Source: Angustibacter luteus (GTDB lineage Bacteria > Actinomycetota > Actinomycetes > Actinomycetales > Angustibacteraceae). Taken from it: 64,000 nt of DNA. Below, in pieces: positions 1 through 10,444 of this stretch (the first letter of the stretch is position 1; each line of letters starts with the position of its first letter). The position numbers and the translations under genes were made by a program. The DNA lies in contig NZ_BAABFP010000005.1 in NCBI RefSeq assembly GCF_039541115.1, positions 496,001 to 560,000 of the forward strand. Reading direction: 5' to 3'. The notes under the pieces are model-generated. The model was not told where the DNA came from and did no database searches. It was given only the letters and a program-made list of their open reading frames with translations.

Positions 1-589
<589 letters not shown>

Positions 590-593
<4 letters not shown>

Positions 594-2308
594 CCTGCCT
601 CCGCGCGCTCGATCGGTGCCTCGTCCTGGACGGGGTTGTCCGTGGGATCGCCGGGCGCCGAGCCTAGCCGCCAGCGACGAGGCCCGGGACGCGAGCCCAG
701 GAACAACGCGGCGCACCCCAGCATCCCGATGAGGGCCAGGCCGAGCTCGGCCCACCCGCCGAGCCGGTCCGCCGGCGTCCGCGCGGTCCGCAGCGGCAGG
801 GTGGCCTCCAGCACGGCCGGGGTGAACAGGCCGGCCCGGGCCACGACCCGTCCGTCCGGGGTGATGAGGGCGCTCTCCCCCACCGTCGACACGTGGGCGA
901 CGGAGCGGCCGTGCTCGATGGCCCGCAGCCGGGACATCGCGAGCTGCTGGACCGCCTCGTCCGTGTAGCCGAAGGTCGCGTTGTTGGTCTGCACGACGAG
1001 CAGGTCCGCGCCCCCACGGACGGTGTCGCGCACGAGGTCGTCGTAGGCCACCTCGAAGCAGATCGCGATGCCGGCCCGGGTCGGCCCGAGGTCCAGCACC
1101 CCCGGTACGTGGCCGGCGACGAAGTCCTCGCGGACGAGATCCACCTTCGCGCTGAACGTGCGGAAGAAGGAGCGGTACGGGATGTACTCGCCGAACGGCA
1201 CCGGGTGCCGCTTCGCGTACAGCTGGGTGGGCCCGACGCCGGGCTCCCAGACGATCGAGGCGTTCGTCAGGAAGCCGACCGGTCGCTGCAGCACGGCCCC
1301 GACCAGCGTGGGCACCCCGATGGCGTCCACCGCGTCGTCGATGACCTGGCGGGCATCGGCCTGCTGGTACGGGTCGAGGTCGGAGGCGTTCTCGGGCCAG
1401 ATGACGACGTCCGGCCGCGGCGACGTCCCCGCGGCGACCCGGCGGGCCAGCTCGGTGGTCACCCGGGCGTGGTTGTCCAGGACGGCCCGTCGCTCGGCGT
1501 TGAAGTCCAGGCCGGCCTCGGGCACGTCGCCCTGGATCCCGGCCACCCGCGTCGGGGTGCCACCCGTGGCGAGTGGGACGAGCAGTCCGGATGCGGCCAC
1601 GAGCACCGCGAGCCCGCCCGCCGCTACCGCCACGGTCGCTACGGTGGCGGGCCGGCTGAAGTCGCTGCGGCGCAGCACGACCAGGACGGCGGTGCCCAGT
1701 GCGGCACCGCTCCAGGCGACCGCGAAGGTCACCAGCGGCGCCCCGCCGAGGAACGCCAACCGGACGAAGGGCGAGTCGGCCTGCGAGAACGCGAGCCGAC
1801 CCCAGGGGAAGCCGCCGAACGGGGTCCGGTCGCGCAGTGCCTCCTGCGCCGTCCAGAGCCCGGCGAGCACCGCGGTGCTGGCGAGCGTCCGGCGCCGCCC
1901 CCACTCGGGGCGGGCGACCGCCCAGGCCGCCGGAGCGGAGAGCAGCGCCAGGTAGGCCGCCTGCAGCACGCTGAGCGCCAGCCAGGGCATGGCGCCCACG
2001 TAGACGCCGCTCCAGTGCAGCAGCGGGACGAAGAAGCTGAGGCCGTAGAGCAACCCCAGGGCCGCGGCGACGAGCGGCCGGCGACCGGCGATGGCCAGGA
2101 CCCACGCGGCGACGCCGACGACGGCGAGCGGCCACCAACCCGGGTCCGGGAACGCGAGGCGGGTCAGGTACCCGCCGGCGATCGCCAGCAGGACCGCCAC
2201 GACGAGCGGCACGGGCGCTCGACGTCCGGGATTCACCGCACCACGGTAACCCGCCCACCACCCGGACATGGGTCGGGCCCGCCGCGCCGTTGGTGCCACC
2301 GTCTCCAC
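590..2308 (-). CDS. lnt: Apolipoprotein N-acyltransferase
   Basis: N-terminal TM helices; motifs [28 protein letters not shown]. Confidence 0.95.
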
Positions 2309-2309
2309 G

Positions 2310-2533
2310 CTGGGTGCGAGGTCGATCGGTGTTGTCTACTGAGCGCTGCGGGCCCGTCCGCGTCCACCCCGGTACGAGGAGGGTGAGCTTTCGAGTGCCT
2401 GGCTGACCGAGTGGGGCGAGCCCCGCTCGTGGCCTCGGGTGGTGTGCCCCCTCCTGACGACTGAACTTCGTCGCCGGTTCCTGCAAGGAGTTCTTGTCGC
2501 CGAGTGTGCTGCGATCGCCGCGATGGACGACCT
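2310..2533 (-). ncRNA. Candidate structured leader RNA / sRNA upstream of lnt
   Basis: About 220 nt with no credible ORF between promoter and lnt start; stems at 2408-2429, 2377-2383/2449-2455 and 2456-2472. Confidence 0.35.
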
Positions 2534-2538
2534 GCACG

Positions 2539-2566
2539 AAGGTACTCAGCACGGGCCCGGTGTCAA
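2539..2566 (-). promoter_or_regulatory. Primary-sigma-type promoter upstream of lnt
   Basis: Minus strand TTGACA-N16-TACCTT. Confidence 0.6.
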
Positions 2567-2704
2567 CTGGCCCGTGACCTGCACGGACTCAGGATCCTTG
2601 CAGGTCAACCGCTTTCGCTCGTCATCCGGCGTTCACCTGGATTCTTTCGGCGACTCGGCGTGTCCCGCGCGACACGCCGAGGGTCCGTCGTCAGCCCTCC
2701 GTCG

Positions 2705-3118
2705 TCAGCCCTCGGTCGGTGCCGGGACGACGACGGTGCCGGTCGCGGTCGTCGCGACGATCGGCGGGTCCAGCACCTCGGCGGCGGACTCCGCCAGGTC
2801 GGCTCGTCCGCGGCACACCACCCGCACCTCGAACGCCAGCTCGCGGCTGCGCCGCCCGACCCGTACGACGCGTGCGTCGATCTCCAGGACGTCGCCGGCC
2901 CGGACCGGCGCGTGGAACTGGACGTCCGAGTAGGAGGCGAAGAGGCCCTCGTCGCCGTCGGTGCGGATGCACACCTCGGTGGCCACGTCACCGAACGCGG
3001 CGAGCGAGTACGCCCCGTCCACCAGGTTGCCGGCGTAGTGCGCGTGCGAGTACGGCACGTACCGCCGGTGGGTGACCACCAGACCCGTGTGGTCGCGCTG
3101 GTCGGTGCGCTCGCTCAT
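2705..3118 (-). CDS. kal: 3-aminobutyryl-CoA ammonia-lyase (hotdog fold)
   Basis: AHYAGNLVDGA, FGDVATE, DGDEGLF, FHAPVRAGD; coupled downstream of kamE. Confidence 0.85.
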   Translation of the reverse strand: MSERTDQRDHTGLVVTHRRYVPYSHAHYAGNLVDGAYSLAAFGDVATEVCIRTDGDEGLFASYSDVQFHAPVRAGDVLEIDARVVRVGRRSRELAFEVRVVCRGRADLAESAAEVLDPPIVATTATGTVVVPAPTEG

Positions 3119-3882
3119 GCGGACTTCCTCTCGCGGGGCGGGATCAGGGCGTGCACGAGGTAGGAGGCCACCTCGCCGGGCGTCGTGCCCTTGCCGAAGA
3201 CCCGGTCCACCCCGAGCCGATCGGTGGCGTGCTCGTCGAAGCGCGGGCCGCCGACCACCAGCAGGGGTCGCTTGCCGGCCGGGTAGGCCTCGCGGAAGGC
3301 CGCTGACATCTCCGTGGTGTTGTGCAGGTGGGCGTCGCGCTGGGTGACGACCTGGGAGACCAGGACGGCGTCGGCCTTCTCGGCCCTCGCTCGCTCGACG
3401 AGGTCCGGTACGAGCACCTGGGCGCCGAGGTTGACCACGGTGATCTCCCGGTAGTACTCCAGGCCCTTCTCCCCCGCGAACCCCTTGATGTTGAGGATGG
3501 CGTCGATCCCGACCGTGTGCGCATCGGTGCCGATGCACGCGCCGACCACCACGAGCCGGCGACGCAGCCGTGACTTGATCGCCCCGTTGACCTCCTTGGC
3601 CGACAGCAGCGGGTACTCGCGCTCGAGGACCCGCACGGCCGACACGTCGACCAGGTGGTTCACCGCGCCGTACACGACGAAGAAGGTGAAGTCCGGGCCC
3701 ATCGCCTTGGCGTGCACCAGCAGCGCCGGGTCCATGCCCATCTTGGCGGCCAGCTGCAGGGCGGCGCCCTCAGCGCGCTTGTCGTGCGGCAGCGGCAGGG
3801 TGAACGACATCTGCACCATGCCGTCGCCCGTGGTGTCGCCGTAGGGGCGCACGATCTTCGGTGCGGTGCCGGGCGCGCTCAT
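3115..3882 (-). CDS. kamE: Lysine 5,6-aminomutase beta subunit (cobalamin-binding)
   Basis: RPYGDTTGDGMVQMSFTLP; B12 motif DAHTVGIDAILNIKG; ATG overlaps kamD stop. Confidence 0.92.
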   Translation of the reverse strand: MSAPGTAPKIVRPYGDTTGDGMVQMSFTLPLPHDKRAEGAALQLAAKMGMDPALLVHAKAMGPDFTFFVVYGAVNHLVDVSAVRVLEREYPLLSAKEVNGAIKSRLRRRLVVVGACIGTDAHTVGIDAILNIKGFAGEKGLEYYREITVVNLGAQVLVPDLVERARAEKADAVLVSQVVTQRDAHLHNTTEMSAAFREAYPAGKRPLLVVGGPRFDEHATDRLGVDRVFGKGTTPGEVASYLVHALIPPRERKSA

Positions 3883-5456
3883 CGGGTGGCCCCTTCCTCG
3901 AGCAGGTCGATCGCCGGGTTGAGGTAGCCCGGCGCCCGCTTGGCCACGCCCTCCAGGCCCTTGCCGGCGTCCGCCGGGCGCTTCATCAGCCCGAAGGTCC
4001 CGTCGGCGATGGCCTCGAGCATCGTGTCGTCCACGATGCGGTCCAGCAGCTCGACCGCCTCCGAGAGCACCTGCCGGGCCCGGGTCTGGATGAACCCGTC
4101 GCGCGGCGGGTGGAAGTCCTCGGTGAGGCCGCCGGCGGCCTCCATCACGTACCGCACGTTCTGCAGCGCCAGGTCGCGGTCGGACAGGAACGGCGTGACG
4201 ACGGCCTCGGTCATCATCCCGACGAGCAGGATGCCCTGGCCGGTCATCGCGCCGACCAGGTTGAAGAAGCCGTCGAGCAGGTAGCCGCGGAACACGTCGC
4301 CGGTCATGTGCTTGGTCGGCGGCATCCACTTCAGCGGCGCCTGCGGGAAGAGCGTGCGAGCCAGCAGGGCGTGCGCGAGCTCCAGCCGGAACGACTCCGG
4401 CACCTCGGGGTTGATCTCGAACGCGTGCCCGAGGCCGAGCTGCCAGTCCTGCAGGCCGGCCTCCTTGGCGAAGAACTCGTTCATCAGCTGGCTCACGGTG
4501 ACCGTGTGCGCAGCCTCGACCGCGTCCGCCGTGGTCAGGTAGTTGTCCTCGCCCGTGTTGATGATGATCCCGGCGCGGGCATGCACCTGCCGGCTGAACC
4601 GCTGGTCCACGAACGTGCGGATCGGGTTGATGTCGCGGAAGAGGATCCCGTACATGGAGTCGTTGAGCATCATGTCCAGCCGCTCGAGACCGGCCAGGGT
4701 GGCGATCTCGGGCATGCACAGGCCGCTGGCGTAGTTCGTCAGCCGCACGTACCGTCCGAGCTCCTTGCCGACGTCGTCCAGCGCCGCCCGCATCAGGCGG
4801 AAGTTCTCCTGCGTCGCGTAGGTACCGGCGTAGCCCTCGCGGGTGGCGCCCTCGGGGACGTAGTCGAGCAGGCTCTGACCGGTCGACCGGATCACGGCGA
4901 TGACGTCGGCGCCCTCGCGGGCCGCCGCCTGGGCCTGCGGGATGTCCTCGTAGATGTCCCCCGTGGCCACGATCAGGTAGATCCAGGGACGGCGGGGAGC
5001 GTCGCCCAGGCGGCTGATCAGCCGGTCGCGCTCGACCCGTCGCCTGTCGATCGTCCGGACGCCGGACCCGGCGGCCTTGCGGGCCGCGGTGCCGGCGCGC
5101 TGGGCGTCGCGGCCCTCGGGCAGCCGGAAGCTCACGGCGCCGCTGCTCGCCTTCTGCGCGAGCGTCAGCAGGTCTGGTGCGTCACCGCGCAGCAGGGCGT
5201 CCCACACCGGCAGTGCCACCCCGTGCTCGATCCCGACGTCGGCGCGGACGGCGTCGACCAGGTGGTTCACCCAAGGGACCCGCTCGGCATCGGCACCGGA
5301 CAGGCCGGACATGCGCAGCAGCGCACGCTCGACCGAGACGGTGGTGTGGGTGCGGGCCAGCTTGACCACGGGGGCGCCGGCCTTCTTGGCTAGCCGGCGA
5401 GCGGTTCGGACGACCTGGGGGTCGAGTTCGAGGACCGGGTTCTGACGTGAAGACAC
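3879..5456 (-). CDS. kamD: Lysine 5,6-aminomutase alpha subunit
   Basis: HTTVSVER, YLIVATGDIYEDI, IRSTGQSLLDYVP, NYASGLCMPE, MPPTKHMTG. Confidence 0.93.
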   Translation of the reverse strand: MSSRQNPVLELDPQVVRTARRLAKKAGAPVVKLARTHTTVSVERALLRMSGLSGADAERVPWVNHLVDAVRADVGIEHGVALPVWDALLRGDAPDLLTLAQKASSGAVSFRLPEGRDAQRAGTAARKAAGSGVRTIDRRRVERDRLISRLGDAPRRPWIYLIVATGDIYEDIPQAQAAAREGADVIAVIRSTGQSLLDYVPEGATREGYAGTYATQENFRLMRAALDDVGKELGRYVRLTNYASGLCMPEIATLAGLERLDMMLNDSMYGILFRDINPIRTFVDQRFSRQVHARAGIIINTGEDNYLTTADAVEAAHTVTVSQLMNEFFAKEAGLQDWQLGLGHAFEINPEVPESFRLELAHALLARTLFPQAPLKWMPPTKHMTGDVFRGYLLDGFFNLVGAMTGQGILLVGMMTEAVVTPFLSDRDLALQNVRYVMEAAGGLTEDFHPPRDGFIQTRARQVLSEAVELLDRIVDDTMLEAIADGTFGLMKRPADAGKGLEGVAKRAPGYLNPAIDLLEEGATR

Positions 5457-5582
5457 TCCGTGAGATTAGCAGTCTGCACGATGATTCTTCGGTGACAGAG
5501 CACGATCACCGCAAGAACGGCCGAACGCCAGGCCTGTGGACAACGTCAACGCCCGTTCGGGGATTCTCGCCAGAATTGGGGC

Positions 5583-6005
5583 ATGACACCGATCTCGCCC
5601 CTTGACCTCGCCGTCCAGTCCGACGCCGACCTGCTCGAGCACTGGCAGTGCCTGATGGGTCCCGACGGCTTCGGCCGGCGCAGCCTCTGGCTGGGCTTCT
5701 TCGACGCTGACGGGATACCGGCGCCCACGCTGGTGCCGATCGACGACATCCCCGACCAGCCGGAGCCGGCCCTGGGCGCCAGCCTGGACCACATCGTCGC
5801 CGAGCTGCGCGCGACGACCGACATCGACTCGGTGGCCGTGCTCCTGACCCGGCCGGGTGATGCCGTCATGACCTCCGGGGACCGGGCCTGGGGCCGATTC
5901 CTTCGTGACGACACCGACCTGACCCGGCGCTGGCCCGCGCACCTGGCCACCACGGGCATCGTCCGGGTGTTCGCGCCGGACGACCTGCTGGCCGACCGCC
6001 GCTGA
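5583..6005 (+). CDS. Hypothetical protein (140 aa)
   Basis: High-GC codon pattern; CAGAAT element 6 nt before ATG suggests a leaderless start. Confidence 0.7.
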   Translation: MTPISPLDLAVQSDADLLEHWQCLMGPDGFGRRSLWLGFFDADGIPAPTLVPIDDIPDQPEPALGASLDHIVAELRATTDIDSVAVLLTRPGDAVMTSGDRAWGRFLRDDTDLTRRWPAHLATTGIVRVFAPDDLLADRR

Positions 6006-6023
6006 GGCCGGCGGCGAGCAGGG

Positions 6024-7664
6024 TCAGACCTGGTGCACCGTGCGTCCGGCCACGACCGTCCGCAGGCACCGCGGCAGCTCGAGGCCGGGGGTGAGGTCCG
6101 GCAGACCCTGGGTGCCGGACCGGGGGTCGGTGCTCCAGGCCTGGATGCGGTCGTCCGGCGCCTGGACGACCAGGTCACCCGCGGTCCAGATCGCGTAGCT
6201 GGCCAGGGCGCCGGGCGACAGGACGCCACGGTCGTCCAGCCCGGCGGCCCGCCAGGCACCGCGGGTGTGCGCGAGGAAGGCGGCGCGCGCACTGATGCGG
6301 TGGTCCGGCTCCTGGTGGAACGCGCACGCGCGGACGGCCGCCCACGGGTCGAACGGGGTGACTGGTGAGTCGGAGCCGAGCGCGAGCGGCACGCCCGCCG
6401 CAGCGAGCGGGGCAAAGGGGTTCATCCGGCTGGCTCTCTCACGCCCCACGCGCTGGGCGTACATGCCGTCCGGGCCGCCCCACCAGGCATCGAAGACGGG
6501 CTGCACGCTCGCGTGCACACCGAGTGCCGACAGGGCGGCGATCGCGCCGCTGTCCGGCATCTCGATGTGCTCGAGACGGTGCCGAGCTCGGCGCAGGGCG
6601 GGGCCGCCGACGACCTGCTCCGCGGCCTGCAGGCCGCGCACGACGACATCGACAGCGGCGTCACCGATCACGTGGAAGCCGGCCTGCAGCCCCGCCTGGG
6701 TGCACGCGACGACGTGGTCGCGGACCTGCTCGACGTCGAGGTAGCCGTTGCCGCGGTGGCCGGGCTGGTCGCGGTAGTCCTCGCGCAGGCTCGCCGTGCG
6801 GGAACCGACCGAGCCGTCGGCGCACAGGTCGCCGGCCAGCCCGCGCAGCACGCCGGCCGGCAGGTCGAGCGCGGACGCGACGTCCCGCGCCTCGTCGGCC
6901 GTGGCGACCAGGTGGCCGCGGTAGGCCAGGACGTGCGGCAGGTCCTCGGCCGCGCTCAGCGCGACCACCCCGCGCAGGTCGTCCTCGGTCCCGATGTGCG
7001 GTGCGGACATCTCGTGCAGCGAACCGATGCCGACGGCGGCCGCCGCCTGCAGTGCCGTGCGCTGCAGGTCCTCCCGCTGGCCCGGTGAGATGGCGGCGCG
7101 CGTCGCGTCCCGGGCGGCGTGGTGGGCCTCGCGCTCGACCCGGCCGTCGTCGTCCCAGCCGTCGAGCCCGCGCAGCCCGGCCTGGGCGGCGAGGTTGCTG
7201 GAGACCACCGCAGAGTGCACGTCCACCCGGGCGAGGTAGACGGCCCCGCCGTAGGAGGCCCGGTCGAGCTCGGCCCGGGTCGGGGCGCGGCCCTCCGGCC
7301 AGTCCCCTTCGTCCCAGCCCGTGCCGAGGATCGGTCGGCCGCCACCTCGTCGGGCGGCGTCCTCGACCCGGCGCAGGACGTCGGCCAGCGACGTGGCGTC
7401 GTGCAGGTCGAGCCCGGTCAGCGCGAGTCCGGTCTCGGTGACGTGCGCGTGCCCGTCCACGAACGCCGGGGTGACGAGTGCGCCGTCGAGCTCCACCACC
7501 TCGTCGGCGGACGTGGCGTGCCCGGCCGCCGCGTCGTCCGACCCCACCCAGGCGATGGTGTCGCCCACGACGAGCATCGCCGTCGCGAAGGGGTCGGCTG
7601 GGGTGTAGACGTCGCCGCCGCGGTACAGGACGGCTCGGGGCTTGCTCTCCGGCTGGTCGCTCAC
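6024..7664 (-). CDS. Amidohydrolase 3 family (YtcJ-like) metallohydrolase
   Basis: PAFVDGHAH, RVDVHS, HVIGDAA, RLEHIE, LGSDSPV; only the C-terminal part of the 6024..11735 ORF. Confidence 0.88.
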   Translation of the reverse strand: MSDQPESKPRAVLYRGGDVYTPADPFATAMLVVGDTIAWVGSDDAAAGHATSADEVVELDGALVTPAFVDGHAHVTETGLALTGLDLHDATSLADVLRRVEDAARRGGGRPILGTGWDEGDWPEGRAPTRAELDRASYGGAVYLARVDVHSAVVSSNLAAQAGLRGLDGWDDDGRVEREAHHAARDATRAAISPGQREDLQRTALQAAAAVGIGSLHEMSAPHIGTEDDLRGVVALSAAEDLPHVLAYRGHLVATADEARDVASALDLPAGVLRGLAGDLCADGSVGSRTASLREDYRDQPGHRGNGYLDVEQVRDHVVACTQAGLQAGFHVIGDAAVDVVVRGLQAAEQVVGGPALRRARHRLEHIEMPDSGAIAALSALGVHASVQPVFDAWWGGPDGMYAQRVGRERASRMNPFAPLAAAGVPLALGSDSPVTPFDPWAAVRACAFHQEPDHRISARAAFLAHTRGAWRAAGLDDRGVLSPGALASYAIWTAGDLVVQAPDDRIQAWSTDPRSGTQGLPDLTPGLELPRCLRTVVAGRTVHQV

Positions 7665-7681
7665 CAGGCCAGTCTGTCGGG

Positions 7682-8773
7682 TCAGTGCTGCCGCTCGGCG
7701 GCGAGGCGTCCCTCGAAGAGGTCGCGGACCGCCGGGTCGCGCCGGATCAGGTCCAGCGCGTACGCGGCGTGGCCCGGCACGTAGCCGTTGCCCACCAGCA
7801 TCGTGACGTCGGCGGCCAGCCCCTCGGCGCCGAGCGCCGCCGCGCTGAACGACGTGGCCATCGAGAAGAAGATGACCGTGCCGCCCTCGGCGGTGGCCAG
7901 GACGGCGCCGTGCTCGCACCCCGGCACGTCCACGCAGACGACGGTGACGTCGGCGGCGCGGCCCAGGGCCTGCTCGACAGCGCTGCTCAGCGCCACCGGG
8001 TCGCGGGCGTCGGCGAGCGCGACGTGGTCCGCGAGCCCGCTGGCGGTGAGGGTCTGGCGCTCCCGCTCGACGGGGACGACACCGACGGTGGCGGCGGCGC
8101 CGGAATCGCGCGCCGCCGACAAGGACAGCGAGCCGGACTTGCCGGCGCCCCCGATCACGGCCACGGTCGGCGCGCTCCCCCGCTCGACGTACTGCCCGAC
8201 GACCCGGGCGACCAGTGCGGGTGCGCCGCAGACGTCCATCACCATCAGGGCCAGCCCGGGGTCGAGGTCGGCCGGCAGGGTGGCGGCGATCGAGCGGCCG
8301 AACAGGATGGCGTGGCCGGCCGCGGGTACCTGCTCGCTGAGCCCGTCCCAGCCGGCCAGGGCGTCGTCGATCTGCAGCGGGGTGAGCGAGAGCGAGACGA
8401 GGGTGGCCACCTGGTCCCCGGCGACGAGGCCGAGCGGGCTGTCCGGGCCGACCTCGTCCACGGTGCCGATGAGCATGCCGCCGGACCCGGTGACCGGGTT
8501 CTGCATCTTGCCGCGCTCGGCGACGATGTCCAGCACGGCCGCCCGGACGGCCGCGCCGTCCACGGTGCCGTCCTCGCGGGTGTGCGTGCCGGCCAGCTGG
8601 CGGTAGGACGCGGCGTCCAGGTTCAGCGTGTCCAGGCTGATCCGCACCTCGTCCGGCCAGAGCTGGCGCCGGGCGTCGAGGCGGCGGGCGCCCTGCGGGA
8701 GCACGCCAGCCGGCTCCAGCACGCGGTGCAGGCCGACGGGCGACGACGGGGTGGTGGGCGCGGACTCGGTCAC
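7682..8773 (-). CDS. kdd: L-erythro-3,5-diaminohexanoate dehydrogenase
   Basis: GLHRVLEPAGVLPQ, LNLDAASY, RGKMQNPVTGSGGML, FFSMATSF, GNGY. Confidence 0.9.
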   Translation of the reverse strand: MTESAPTTPSSPVGLHRVLEPAGVLPQGARRLDARRQLWPDEVRISLDTLNLDAASYRQLAGTHTREDGTVDGAAVRAAVLDIVAERGKMQNPVTGSGGMLIGTVDEVGPDSPLGLVAGDQVATLVSLSLTPLQIDDALAGWDGLSEQVPAAGHAILFGRSIAATLPADLDPGLALMVMDVCGAPALVARVVGQYVERGSAPTVAVIGGAGKSGSLSLSAARDSGAAATVGVVPVERERQTLTASGLADHVALADARDPVALSSAVEQALGRAADVTVVCVDVPGCEHGAVLATAEGGTVIFFSMATSFSAAALGAEGLAADVTMLVGNGYVPGHAAYALDLIRRDPAVRDLFEGRLAAERQH

Positions 8774-8861
8774 GCTCTGTTCTCCTCTGCAGTGCCGTGT
8801 GGCGCAAGAAGTTGCGGCGATGTGTTCGATTCTCAGGATATCTTCCCGTACTCTGCCAGGT

Positions 8862-10346
8862 GTGAGCCAGAAGATCGAGCAGCCCTACGCCTACCGCCGC
8901 CGCGAGCTCGTGGAGCCCGACTGGGCCCGCCTGCCGGGTTGGCGCGACGTCACCGCCGAGCAGTGGGCCAGCGCCCAGTGGCAGCGCGCGAACTGCGTCA
9001 AGAACGTCAAGCAGCTGCGCGCCCTGATGGGTGACCTGCTCGACGAGCGGTTCTACGCCGACCTGGAGCGGGACCAGGCCGAGCGGGCCACGATGTCGAT
9101 GCTGGTCCCGCCGCAGATGATGAACACGATGGTGCCGGCCACCGGGGTGTTCGACGACGGCGTGATGCCCGCAGCCGGCGAGGCGTTCACCGAGGCGTTC
9201 TACGCCGACCCGGTGCGCCGGTACATGCTGCCGGTGTTCAGCGACCGCCGGACGGACTGGCCCTCGCACCCGTTCGCCACCCGCGACTCGCTGCACGAGC
9301 ACGACATGTGGGTGGCCGAGGGGCTGACCCACCGCTACCCCACCAAGGTGCTCGCCGAGCTGCTGCCCACCTGCCCGCAGTACTGCGGGCACTGCACCCG
9401 GATGGACCTGGTCGGCAACTCCACGCCGGTCGTGCCCAAGCTGAAGTTCGACCTGAAGCCGGTCGACCGCTACGACGCGATGATCGACTACCTGCGCCGC
9501 ACGCCGTCCGTGCGCGACGTCGTGGTCAGCGGCGGCGACGTCGCCAACATGCCGTGGAAGAACCTCGAGGCCTACCTCAACCGGCTGCTCGAGATCGACA
9601 ACATCCGCGACATCCGGCTGGCCACCAAGGCGCTGATGGGCCTGCCGCAGCACTGGCTGGCCGACGACGTCGTCGAGGGAGTGGGCCGGGTCGCGGCCAC
9701 CGCGCGCGAGCGCGGCGTCAGCCTGGCGATCCACACCCACGTCAACAACGCGCAGTCCGTCACCCCGGCGGTGGCTGCGGCGTCCCGGGCCATGCTGGAC
9801 GCCGGTGTGCGCGACGTCCGCAACCAGGGCGTGCTGATGCGCGGCGTGAACGACACGACGTCCCAGCTGCTCGACCTGTGCTTCGCCCTGCAGGACGAGG
9901 CCAGCATCACGCCGTACTACTTCTACATGTGCGACATGATCCCGTTCAGCGAGCACTGGCGGATGTCGCTGGGCGAGGCCCAGCACCTGCAGCACTCGCT
10001 GATGGGCTACCTGCCCGGGTTCGCGACGCCGCGCATCGTCTGCGACGTGCCGTTCGTCGGCAAGCGCTGGGTGCACCAGGTGCACACCTACGACACCGAG
10101 CGCGGCATCTCGTACTGGACGAAGAACTACCGGACGTCGATCGAGACCGAGGACGCCGAGGCGCTCAGCCGCGAGTACGTCTACTACGACCCGATCTACA
10201 CGCTCCCCGAGGCCGGCCAGGCGTGGTGGCGGGAGCACGGGGACAGCGACTCCGCCCACGCGGACGCCGTCGCCGCCGCCGAGGCCAGCCGGGTCGCCGC
10301 CGCCGCGCAGCACGAAGAGGTCGCCAGCCACGCCATCCACGCCTGA
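8862..10346 (+). CDS. kamA: Lysine 2,3-aminomutase (radical SAM, PLP)
   Basis: GLTHRYPTKVL, CPQYCGHCTR (CxxxCxxC), SGGD, RNQGVL, PYYFYMCD; GTG start after TACTCT. Confidence 0.9.
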   Translation: MSQKIEQPYAYRRRELVEPDWARLPGWRDVTAEQWASAQWQRANCVKNVKQLRALMGDLLDERFYADLERDQAERATMSMLVPPQMMNTMVPATGVFDDGVMPAAGEAFTEAFYADPVRRYMLPVFSDRRTDWPSHPFATRDSLHEHDMWVAEGLTHRYPTKVLAELLPTCPQYCGHCTRMDLVGNSTPVVPKLKFDLKPVDRYDAMIDYLRRTPSVRDVVVSGGDVANMPWKNLEAYLNRLLEIDNIRDIRLATKALMGLPQHWLADDVVEGVGRVAATARERGVSLAIHTHVNNAQSVTPAVAAASRAMLDAGVRDVRNQGVLMRGVNDTTSQLLDLCFALQDEASITPYYFYMCDMIPFSEHWRMSLGEAQHLQHSLMGYLPGFATPRIVCDVPFVGKRWVHQVHTYDTERGISYWTKNYRTSIETEDAEALSREYVYYDPIYTLPEAGQAWWREHGDSDSAHADAVAAAEASRVAAAAQHEEVASHAIHA

Positions 10347-10350
10347 CGAC

Positions 10351-10385
10351 CCGCTTCCGCCACTCAGCCCCGCTTTCCGCCACTC
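10351..10385. repeat. Short imperfect direct repeat between convergent genes
   Basis: CCGCTTCCGCCACTC (10351-10365) and CCGCTTTCCGCCACTC (10370-10385). Confidence 0.6.
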
Positions 10386-10444
10386 GGGCCGGTCTCCCGA
10401 GCAGGTAACCGGCTTGAGGGGCGGACGTGCGGGTGGGCGGGCGG

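Noticed and set aside
2439..2933. 164-aa plus-strand ORF over the lnt upstream region
   Set aside because: Overlaps kal antisense, atypical composition, no RBS
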